A stretch of DNA of 64,000 bases from Cyanophora paradoxa CCMP329. Taxonomy: Eukaryota > Plantae > Glaucophyta. Made by a program: the position numbers and the translations under genes. The notes under the pieces were generated by a model. That model was given only the letters and a program-made list of their open reading frames with translations. It did no database searches and was not told the DNA's origin. Position 1 is the first letter of the stretch, and each line of letters starts with the position of its first letter. The DNA lies in assembly GCA_004431415.1 (NCBI GenBank), contig QPMI01000116.1, positions 201,662-265,661 on the forward strand. Reading direction: 5' to 3'. Shown in pieces: positions 24,143-35,100 of the stretch.

Positions 24143-27100
24143 GGCTCGCCCGCCCTCAGCTCGTGGACACATGGACGGAGGGCATATCGGAGTGGGAGTC
24201 GGAGCTCTTCCTCCGCACCCTCTTCCACACCGCCATGAAGTGGGACCCCGCAACCGGCCGCTACGTCCTCCGCGATCTCGAATGTGCGTGAGCTGATAAG
24301 CTAGCTGGCCGGCTATCTATAAAGCCTTGATCATCCAGCTACAAAAACAAGCTCCTCCCAATGAGCTGCTGCTGCCCTCGCGGTTTGGTTGTCTGATTCG
24401 CGGTCGCAGCGGTGCGCATGGGGGCGGCTGTGGACGCGCTCGAGGAGGAGCGCGCGCGGCGCAAGGCGGCGGCGCGCGCGGCGTCCGGCCGCTCGACGCG
24501 CCGCATGTCGCTCTTGGGCAACAACGCCAACGCCCGCCCTGACCTCTTCTCCGTTGTCGCGGCCGTCATGCGGGGCCCGGACGGCCCGGGCGGCTCGGGC
24601 GACGGCTCGGGCTCGGGCTCGGGCTCGGGAATCGGGGCCGGCGTTGCGGGCGGCGACGGGGCCGGCGGCGCGGGCGGCGCCGGTGCTTCGGGCGCCGGTG
24701 GGGCTGGGGCGCGGGCGGCGCGGGCGGCGCGGGCGGCGCGGGCGGACTCGGCGCCGGCGGCGCCGGCGGCGCGGCCGGCGCGGGCAGCTTCGGCGCGGTC
24801 GGCTTCGGCGCGGGGGGGGCCGCCGGGAGTGCCGGCGGGGCCGGCGGGGCCGGCGACGAGGACGGGGAGGGCTCGAAGGAGAACGATTGGAGCCGCCTCT
24901 TCGCCTTCCGCAGGGACCTCGGTGCGCTTCTGTCGATTCATGACCTTAAGATTGTGCAGCGAAGCTTCCTTAGTCGAATTAGAACCTTAAGAAGCGAAGC
25001 TTCTTTAAAGCATGGCATGTGACAGTAGAATCACATTTGTCGGGGCCCCGTCTCTTTCTCCGCCCGCCCTCCGTTCGGGCGTGGCTGATGCGCGGAGAAC
25101 AGCGGCGAAGCAGGCCGCGGAGCGCGAGCGGGCCGGAAAGTCGCAGCGGGGCCGCAAGCAGGACGGGCCCACGCCCGCCGGTGCGCCCCGCCCCTCGCTG
25201 GCTCATGATCGCTGGACCGTACTCACTGGACCGCAGAGGGCCTCAACCTTCCCTTCGTGCCCCAGATCCGCGAGGAGATGTACAAGAGGCTCCTGGGAGG
25301 GCGCTGGTCCAAGTCGATCCGCAAGGCGAGCATCGACCTGCAGCAGACGCGCGAGGTGCGCTGCGCTGCGCCCGTGCTTGAGAGCAGAGCAGAGCGCTGC
25401 GGGTACCAGGAAGCCGCCGTTTCGGATTCGTCATCGGAAGAAGGAGCTCAAGCTCGCCTGGCTAGCCAGCTAGCTAGCTAGCTAGCTCTCTCCGCCGCAC
25501 CCGCCCGCTCACACGGGACCTGCCCCGCCCCTCCCGAGCGCTGACCCGCAGCAGGCCCGCGGGCGCTCGATCCTCCACCAGGTCACCCCCGTCGACGAAA
25601 TGAAGGGTCCGCCCCCGCCCCCCTCTTGCTTTCGTTTGAACTACAGAAACGTTGATGTTGACCTTCTGAGACTATAGAAGAAGCTAGAAGCTAGAGAGAG
25701 GCGTTGGTTGGCGCCGATTCTGGACTATATGTAATGAGAGCCCGCTTCGCGCGCGTGCAGAGCTGCAGGAGCGGCTGCTGGAGAGCGCGCTGCGGGGCGC
25801 CGGCATCCGGGACGACGGCGGGTCGACCTACACCGGATCCTCGGCGGGGCCCTCCCACGCCGAGAGCCCGGAGCGATCCTCCGTCGCCGGCACCGAAGAA
25901 CGTGACCCGGACCGCGAACGCGAAAGGGACCGCGAGACGAGCTACAGGTGAGCTTGAGGATGTGCTATATACATCGCTGGGAAGACCCCCCTGGCCTGCC
26001 CGCTTCCTAGTGCTGGGCGGGCCTAGCCCTCTATCTTTTCTCTACATCTACCGGGCTGGGGCAGGCTCGCTGGGGCGGGGCGGGGCGGGCCTAGCCGGGA
26101 AACCTGCAGCTGCCGCTTGCGCTGCCCTCCTCCGCCCTCGCCTAACCCCCGCGCAGCTACTTCGGGGCCGGCTCCGAGCCGCCGCCGCCGCCGCGGCCCC
26201 GCGGCCGCCGCTACTCCATCGCGGGCGAGTACACGCCGCCCGTGCCGGGCGCGCCGGGCGGCCCCGACGACGGCTCCCGCCCCGTCTCCATGTCCATCAA
26301 GAGACGCGTCTCCCTCCTCATGAACAACGTCGTCCGCTTCCCCGCGGACGGCCCGGGCGCCCCGGCCGCCGGGCCCCGCGCCGGCATGCCGTTCTCGTCC
26401 CTGTCCAACTCAACCGGTGCGGTGCCGCCTCTGCCCCGCGCCCTCTGCTGCCCCGTCGCCTCTCGCTGACCGAGCCGCCGCCCCCGCCGCCGCAGCGTCC
26501 AGCACGCCCAACACGGGCGGGACGGGGGGCTACGGTACCCCGGGCTCGGGCGCCTGGACCCCGCAGTTCGCTGGCCCGGCCCCCGTCGAGGCCTCCGGAG
26601 CCTCGGCTACCCCCGGCGGCTCCAACAACACCTCCGGAAGTGCATACCCCCCGCCCCCCTTCGTGACGCCTTCGGCGAGGAAGCAAAGAAACTAACAAAC
26701 GCACGAACAGGCCGCCCGGGCTCGCGCCCAGGCTCGCGCAAGAGCGTCGGCATGGCGATCCGCGCGGCGGCGCTGGCCGAGGCGGCGGCGGCGATGGCGG
26801 CGCTGGCGAACGGTCCCCCGGCGGGGCTCTCCTCGCCGGGCGGCCAGTCGGGCTCGACGCCCTTCTACTCGCCGGCCTCCTCCTCGGCCGAGTTCGCGAG
26901 CATGGGCGAGGGCGACCCGATGGGCCCCGGCCCCGCCTTCACCGTCCGCTCGCCCTTCGCGGCCGTGCAGGCGGCCCTGGGCGCCGCCTCCGGCTCGCGC
27001 ACGGCGCGGTCGACGGAGTCGCGGGGCGCCTCCCGCTCGCCCATCTACAGGATGTCCTCGGACGATGCGGGGTACGGCTCCGGCACCAGCTCCCCCTTCA

Positions 27101-27406
27101 CCGTCGTCGGCAGCGGCGCGGCCGCCGCCGCCGCGACCGGCGCGGCCGCCGTCCCCCACCCGCCCCCCCTCGTGCGCTGCTTCCTCCCCCCCTCTCCCCC
27201 CCTCCCGGCTCACCTGACTCAGGTGGACGGCGTCCCCGTGGAGCTGACGACGTTGCGCTCGAGCGCCCAGTCGGGAGCCGCCCGCTCCCTTCGCTTTGCC
27301 CTCGACGTGCGCGCGCACGAAAATTCGGGTCCCGCTTAAAAGAGATAGGCCTCGGGTCCCGTAGAGGACGAAAGAATTCTTCGCGTTTCGGGGACGACTT
27401 CTCCCG

Positions 27407-27438
<32 letters not shown>

Positions 27439-29876
27439 TGACGGCCGGCCGCGCGCAGGCGGGCGGCAGCGGCTCGTCGAGCGCCTCGCCGGCCCCCTCG
27501 GCCACCGTCTCCCGCCGCTCCTCCGTCTCCTTCGAGGTCCGTCCGCCCGCCCGCAGCGCCCGCCCGCAGCGCCCGACGTTCCTAGATAGAAGCTTAAGGC
27601 TTGTTAAAATAGAAGCTTAGAGCTTGTTAAGATAGAAGCTTAAGGCTTGTTAAGATAGAAGCTTAAGCTTAAGTTTTTCCCGCCCGCAGCGCCCGCCGCG
27701 CCCGCCCGCCCGCCTTCTTCGCGTATGATCGGTCTGATCCTTATCCGTCCGCTTTTCGGCGCAGCCGTCGGAGGACGGGCAGTCGACGGGGCGTGGCCCG
27801 GAAACGAACCGCCTGGGCGGCCGCCGCTCCCTGGAGGTCCGCCTTTGAACCAAGTTTGAGGGCCCCGTGTTCGAGAACCTTGAGGATGCTAAGATATATC
27901 GAATGTATTTATAGCTGCCCTGGGCCCGCCCCTGTCGAGATGTCGTTTCGGTCTTGGGGCTTCCAGTCCTAACCTCCTCGCCTGCGCAGGTGCCGTCGTC
28001 CTCGATGCCGCACGCCGGCGGAGGGGCGGAGCGGTCCCACTCGGCCAGCCCCTCGATCGCCATCCAGGCGAGCCCTCCCTTCTCTTATTATTATTCGTCC
28101 CTTGCGTATTCTAATCGATCTTCTTCTTCTTCTTGTAGAGGGCGATGGCGGAGGCGCGGGCGCGGGTGGCGCGGGGCGAGGGCGGCACCGGCTCCTCCGC
28201 GAGCGATGGGAGCGCCGGCGAGGAGGAGGGCGGCTCGCCGCCCCCGCCGCAGCTCCAGGGACAGGGCCAGGGTGCCCGCCTTCACGTGCCCCGCATCCCG
28301 GGCCTCACCGCCCCGGTGCGTACTGCGACCCTCCGGCCAAGTCTAGAAAACTTGGGTGGGGCGGGAGACTAACACGATGTTCTGCCCTCCTAACGCCTCC
28401 TAACAACCGCCCCCCTTGCCCCACAGCTGATCAACGTGGTCCCGAACACGCCGGGCGGGAGCGTGAACAACAGCCTGAAGACGCCGCACGGGCCCCCCGA
28501 CGGCGTCTCCCTCCGCGACGAGCTCCGACGCCTCCACGAGGCCGACCTCCAGGCGAGCACTAAGCATATACTAGTACTGACGATAGACATTATTATTAGA
28601 CGTACTAGAGCTGGTGCTCAAATCGAGGTCCATAGATCGATTTATGCTTAAGAGGACAGGAGCCCCTTCTCCCCGCGCCTTCTTGAATTTAGAAGGAATC
28701 TGAAGAGCGAAGGCCTAACGGAGCTTTGGTTCCTTCTTCACAACCGTTCTAACTTGCGCGGCGGCGGCAGGCGCGCCAGGCCTCCTCCTCGGGCCCCTCG
28801 TCCACGCGGGAGGACCGCTCGGGGGCGGGCCGCATCAACCCGCTGCACCGCCGCCTCTCCAACGCCGCCGAGTACCCCCCGACCGGGCCCGGCGCCTTCG
28901 GCCCCGTGCGCTCTACCCCCCCTAAGCTTCATCTTCTCTTCTATCTATCCATCCATCTGATCCCTACGGGCAGCCCGAGGCGGCGAGCCTGCAGCCGAGC
29001 CCGCGGCGGCGGGGGTCCGTCGAGCTCCACACGAAGCCGCTGGTCTTCGAGGGCGACCCGACGACGCTGCGGGGGGTGCCCGCTCACCTCTCGGCCGACA
29101 CGGTCGCCGCGGGCCTCCCGGGGGCCCCTGAGCCGCCCTCGGCCCCGGGCGCCCTCTCCCTGGGGCCCTATGCGGACCCGTCGCCCCCGGCGCGGGCGCT
29201 GGCGCCCCCCCAGCAGCAGCAGCATCCGCAGCAGCAGCAGTCCGGATCCCTCTCGCTGGGGCCGTTCGAGTCGCCTCGGCGCTCCCCCGCCCGGGGGGTC
29301 TCGCCGGCGCGGCAGGAGGTGAAGGTATTCACCATCGGGCCGGCCGCCGCCGCCCCGCTCACCGTCGCCGGGATCGGCCGGCCGGCCGCCCCCGCCGCCC
29401 CGCGAGGCGGTCGCGTCCAGTTCGAGGAGGGCGCCCGGCGCGCCGACGGCTCCGCGGCGGGGGCGGCCCGCCCGGCAGGCTGCCCCACACCCAGTCGCAG
29501 CCGACTGTGGAGACGTCCGCGGCGGCGGCCGCGGGGCGCCCCGGGAAGCTGCCGCACGCCCAGTCCCAGCCAAGCCAGTTGGTCCCCCGGGGGCCTCGCC
29601 CCGCCGGTCACCACCGCCCACCGCGTCACGCCCGCCGGTTCGCCGCCCGCGGGCCGCACGTCGCGGCGGCGGCCGGCGGCGGCGTCGCCACGCGGCGCGT
29701 CCTCGGGCAGACCAAGAGCCACTGAGCGGCGCACGGCGCGCACGGCGCCGGTGCCGGCGCCAGCGGTGCTCCGCCCCCTCCTCCCCCCCCCCCCCCCCCC
29801 CCCGCCGCCCCTCTGGACGGCCTTCCAACCTCGCGATCGGCTGGTCGCCTTTCCTTATACCCCCCGTCAAAACTGA
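22831..29876 (+). CDS. EF-hand-like domain protein (paralog B) with long low-complexity C-terminal region, multi-exon
   Basis: Contains an EF-hand loop (DLDGSNTLEEDEF) and the spliced peptide EDWEEDRQGKNYINTETFMVSLFQ|LVDTWTEGISEWESELFLRTLFHTAMKWDPATGRYVLRDLE, followed by many Ala/Ser/Pro-rich exons. It could be more than one gene, and the 3' end is approximate. Confidence 0.6.
24082..24139. repeat. (CT)n microsatellite in an intron
   Basis: About 28 CT units with one CTAT interruption. Confidence 0.95.
27576..27678 (+). mobile_element. Intronic AAGCTT-rich dispersed repeat, copy 2, flanked by a 17-bp direct repeat
   Basis: ACGTTCCTAGATAGAAGCTT...AAGTTTTT is flanked by CCCGCCCGCAGCGCCCG at 27559-27575 and 27679-27695, and is homologous to 6558-6680. 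Confidence 0.6.
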
Positions 29877-31057
29877 TACCCCGTCAATCCCTTCTTCTCC
29901 TTCGTTACCCCTCATCTCACGCCTCCAAATCATTCGCCCGAAAAACATCATTCTGCACAGCGTACATGTTTCGCCATTTAGAGTATTTTCCTGAACCGTG
30001 GCACTTCTTCCTTTGTCGTCTTCTTCTTCTCCTCCTTCATTACCCCTCATTCCACGATGTCCATCTCACTCGGCACTTGTCGGTATCCATCATCGATATC
30101 GTAGTACGGAATGATTGCTCGGCCCTTCCCTTACTTTACATTTCCGAACGATTCGCTCTGCCTTGCAAAACCCTATATAGCTGCATGAACAGGACTCTAC
30201 CGCTAATTTACCAAGCGCCGCTAATTTACCGCTAATGTACTACAGATAAAGATACCAAAGCACCTCCGAGCTCTATGTTATACCATAACCCGTACGTAGA
30301 CAGTTCAACCCAGTTCCGTCGCTAGCATAGTATGTCAGACACCGCGCCCGTAGGGCACTCGTATATATGGCAGGCATTGGTAGCAGGTGTTACGTTTCGA
30401 TCCAGGAGGACCAGTACCGGCTTCGGCCGCGGTGATTGGCTCGACGTTTGATTAGACTTCAAGGCTTCGAAATTGAAAACTCGACTTTTGATTAGACTTA
30501 GACTTTCTACGATCCCTCGCGATGTAAAATGTAAAACCATGGACTTATGCATACAACGAATTCTGATCGAATGAATGGCTGATCGAATTCGGTCGACGTC
30601 GGCCGGCGCCTCGAGCTCCGCCCCGCGGGCGCGGCCATCCGACGTCGACGGTCCGGGGCAGTCACGTGCACCCTGCAGCTGGGCAAATGGCCATCGACCC
30701 TGCACAGTTCACCCCCACCCCCACCCCCCCCACCCCTCCCCCCCCCACTCCCCTCCCCCTGCTGCGCATGCCTGCGCTTACGTGTACTCCCTCTCGTGCT
30801 TGAGCTTGCACCGCAAAACCGCTAGCGCTTGCGCCGCTGATCGCAGCCGAGCACGCCCCGCCGTCCAGACCGTGCTCTCTTGCCGCAGTGCTGCGCTCAT
30901 GATCAGCACGCCGCCGACATCGAGCTTATACGTATACCGCAGAACCGCGTGCGCCGCTGCCCGCAGCCGATCGCGAGCACGCCGGCCGGGCCGGGCGCTC
31001 TTGTTGCGCTCGGCACTGGGCCGGGGTCGTTCTGCCGCGCGCATGTGCGTGCCACTA

Positions 31058-31401
31058 CCGTAAGACAGAATATTAGTTCGCGCATAATATTAGTTCGGTA
31101 CCAAATTAGTGCGTTTTTTGCCGTGAAAACGCACTAATTTGAGACCGCACTAATTACAGGACGCTAAGAAAATGCTGTAGGGGTACAGCGTGTACCCCCC
31201 GCCTCCGCACTAATAAACGAATAAACGCACTAATTGAGACCGAACTAATTATAATTACTATGGTCGGGGTCGATCCGCGGGTCTAAAAACGAACTAATAT
31301 CTGTATACGCCCCCGCAGTGCTGGAGTAGACTAGAGGCTGTGGCCGGTAATTCACCAAAAAAAAACTAATATCGTGCGAATTAATATATTGTGTTTTACC
31401 G
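31058..31401. mobile_element. Putative Tc1/mariner-pogo-type MITE
   Basis: TA|CCGTAAGACAGAATATTAGTTCGCGCATAATATTAGTT ... AACTAATATCGTGCGAATTAATATATTGTGTTTTACCG|TA gives imperfect ~38-bp TIRs with TA on both sides. The interior is AT-rich with repeated GCACTAATT/GAACTAAT motifs and no ORF. Confidence 0.6.
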
Positions 31402-32013
31402 TAGTACTAGTACGGTAGGACTCTTTCATTAGATCCCGGTTCGAATTCCCCCCTTGCAAGTTGCAACCCCGGCGCGAAAATCGCGGCCGGGCCACTAGTA
31501 CTAGTAGCTATATAGTACCACGGTAGGCTACGTGGTAGTACTAGTAGGTACTAGGTCGATCGGCGTTCTGCATCTGACATGATCTGACTCGAGACTCTGA
31601 GAGTCTTGACTCTTGACTCATCATTAAACCTATTAAACCTGAGGCTCGGGCCCCGGGGTACGTATCGCCGTAACGTCGGCGCGGCCGTGCACGTGGTTAA
31701 ACTGCTCGAAGGGAGCGCAGAATGCCAAGCAGACCGTGGCACCCCCTTTCGCACGCGTCGCGCCCACGTGCACCCCGGAACCCCTGCTAAAGGCTAGGGC
31801 GCTTTCCGTTTGACAAGGGCGCCCGGCGCGCATGCGCGGACGGCTCCGCGGCAGCCCGCCCCGGCAGGCTGCCCCACACCTCGGGGCCCTTTTTTTCCCC
31901 AGCCGGTCGCTGGGCCCTTCCCCTATTTTACATTTCCAAACGATTCGCTCATGATCAGTTTTTACAAATCCCTAAAACTAGATAAACCCTTCTTACAAAT
32001 TTAAAGAGGCCCG

Positions 32014-32095
32014 AGTGGCCTAAATACACATGCGACAATTAATTGAAATACTATAGTGGCCTAAATACACATGCGACAATTAATTTAAATACTAT
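32014..32095. repeat. 41-bp tandem duplication
   Basis: AGTGGCCTAAATACACATGCGACAATTAATT(G/T)AAATACTAT occurs twice, downstream of the giant gene's stop codon. Confidence 0.9.
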
Positions 32096-32168
32096 AACTA
32101 ACCGCACGGTTCAAGCCGTGGAAAGCTGCATCGAATAGCAGCGCAATAAGATACATTCGAGAATAAAT

Positions 32169-35100
32169 CTAAGCGAGGACGAGGGAGCTGGGGCGCCGGG
32201 CCTTCCGGGCGCCGCCTGCATCCCCGAAGGGCGCGTCGTCGTCGGATCCAGAGCCGTGTGCTTGGGCGTGTGCGTGTGCGTTGGTCGGCAGCTCGACGGA
32301 CTTAGAGCGATGCGAGCGATGCGGCGGCGGCGGCGGCGTCCACGCGACGCGGGCCTGGGGCGGCAGGTCGACGTTCTCTGAAGCGCGCTCGCCGTCCGAC
32401 GCGAGGACCTCGACGTGAGTCACGGCGTCCGCCTCGAGGTGGATGTTGAGGGCCAGCGACGCGGAGCGGCCGCGCGACGCCGTCGCCTGCATCGCGTGCT
32501 CTCGCGCGCTTCGGTGCCGACGCACGACGTAGAGCGCGGCGCCGATGGCAAGCAGGCCGACGGCCGCGCAGGCGGCGACGGCAGCAATGGCGGGAGCCGA
32601 GACGGGCTGACCGGTGGCCGGAGCGGGGGTGAGTGCGGGGCTCGCCGGAGCGGCGGCCTGCGAGCTCGAGCCCAGAGTCGCCTTGGCGTTCACGTGGGTT
32701 ACGGTCGACGAGTCGGCCGCGACATAGGACGTCAACGTGACGGCCTGGCCGAGGAAGGAGCTGCCGCCGGACGGCGGGCTGCCGACGGCGACGGCGAGGG
32801 TCCGCGCGAGCGAGGCGGCGGGCGCCGGCGCGCCGTCGACGGGGCCGAACGCGAAGGCAGCCACGACGCTGCCCGGAGCGAAGGCGACGTCCTTGAGCGA
32901 CGCGCGGACGGCAGCCGCGTCGAAGTTCTGTGCCACCGCGACGGCGGCGATGCCGTCGTCGGCGGCGCGGTCCCGGAGCGCCGCGAGCTCGCTGGCGGCG
33001 AGGCCGCCGACAAAGGCCGCAAAGTCAGCGTCCATAGTCACGAGGGCGAGGGCCGAGCCGTCGGCGATGCCCGCGACGGCGGCGGCGGCGGGCGCCGCCG
33101 GGCAGCGCGGGAAGGCCGGCGTCCCGGCGACGCCCAGGACGATGACGCCGCCGCCGCCGAGCGCGTTGCCGTCGCACACGGCGTGCTGCTGCACAGACGC
33201 GGCGAAGGCCATTCCGGTGACAGCGACGCCGTCGTACAGGGCGACGCGGCCGTCCAGCGTCGTGCCCGTCACGGCCGAAAGCGGCGAGCCAGGGATGGCG
33301 GCGTCGGCCGGGTGCAGCGCCGCCCGCGCGGCGTCGAGCGCGGCGCGCAGCGCCGCAGACGAGGCGCCCGCGAATCCGACGCTGTAGACGGCGGCAGGGT
33401 AGGGCACGGGCTGCGAGATCGCGAGGGCGACGACGGGCCGGCCGTAGAGGGCGCTCCACGGCGCGGCGAGCGCCGCCGCGAACGCGCGGGCGAAGGTGTG
33501 CGACGGGACGACGGCGGCGGACGTCGACGCCTCGTGGGCGAACGTGACGGCAAGGCTGCCGTTGGAGACTGCGCCGGAGACCATCGCGACCAGGCCCGAG
33601 TACGAGAGCGACGAGAAGGCCGACGCCGTTGTGGACATGATCGCGCGGATCTCGGACGCCAGCTCCGTCGAGACGACGTCGGCCGCCGACAGCGCGGCGC
33701 CGGCGAGCTTGACGGAGACGGTCGACTGGCCGTAGGCAAGGCCCGTCGCGGGCACGCTGGTGACGGGAAGCGGCGGGACGGAGAGCTCCCACGTGAACGT
33801 CGCCAGCGACCGCGCGTATGCGTCCAGGGGCCGGGACGGGACCTGCGGGTTCGGCTTACTTCGCCGCGAAAAAGCAGCGAAACCCTATTTGAAGGACGCC
33901 GTACCTTCAGGCCGACGCGGTAAGAAACAGGCCACAGGCTGGCGACAAACGCGGGCGCCGGCGGAACGGCGCAGAGCGCCCGGGTCGAGTTCACGATTGT
34001 GGCGGGCGTCTGCATAACCGCCGCGGCGCTGGCGGCGGCGGTGGCGCCCAGCGGCTCGAAGCGGCACGCGACGCCGGCCCACTCCTGCTCGAATCCGGCG
34101 ACAGGTTCGGGGAACCCCTCGCCGATGATCGATATCGTGGGCGGCGCGACCGAGAAGCCAGGCTCGCGGGTGTAGACGACCGCCGACGACGGCGGCAGCG
34201 CTGCAAACGCTTGCACGCATTTGTTGAGCTCGGGCGTCGCAGGGACGGTCGGCGCGACCGCCAGCGCGGTCACAGCCGCCCCCTCGAGCGGCGACCCTGC
34301 GCCGCGCGTCAGTCAGTCGTGATTGCACTCGTCTGACAGACAGCCGTGGACGGCCTCACCGCGGCAGACGTAGAGGTCGAGGATGTGCTGCGCCATCGCC
34401 GTCGCCGTGAGCGCGTCATAGTCGAGCAGACGCAGCGTAACGGCGATCGCGGCCGTCGACAGGTGGCGCAGGAACACTGTGTTGCGGCTGACGGCGAACT
34501 CGGCGAACTGCGCACAGAGCGCAGCGCGGAGCGCCGTCTCGATGGCGGAGGCCGCGGGTGGCGCCCCGCCGAACGTGAGGACGACGTCGAGAGGCACGGT
34601 GTCGGAGATGGTGATCGTCGAGATGGTGAAGCCGAGGATCTTCGGGACGCTGGCCCTGGTCTGCAGCAGCTGGCTCGCGACGTACGAGGCCGGGATGCGG
34701 GACGGCCGGGTCACAATTGGCCCAAGCGTGAACATGAGGACGGTGCCCGTCGTGCCCAGCGCGAACTCGGAGTCGCGAATGGACTCCTCCGCGATGTGCT
34801 TCGAGACGCCCGAGCGCGCCGTCGCGACGCGCTCCACGGCTTCCGACAGCGCCTGGGTCCGCATGCTCTGCCGCTCCTCGGCGCTCTTGCTCCCGAAGCT
34901 CTTCCTGAAATCTGTGGAAAGCGCGACGTGCACGAAGGTGCGCCCGTACGGCATCCCCTTGAGGCGCAGCAGCGGGTTGGTGCCCGCCGTCGCGCACTCC
35001 TTCAGCGCGGGCGCCTTCGCCGGCGTGTCGACGGTTGACGAGTTGATCATCACGAACGCCATGTCGACAATGTTGCCTGCGCACCAATCGCGTCAGAAAG

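Noticed and set aside
31401-31452. Functional tRNA gene
   Set aside because: A B-box is present but the acceptor and anticodon stems cannot be formed. It is kept only as a low-interest relic.
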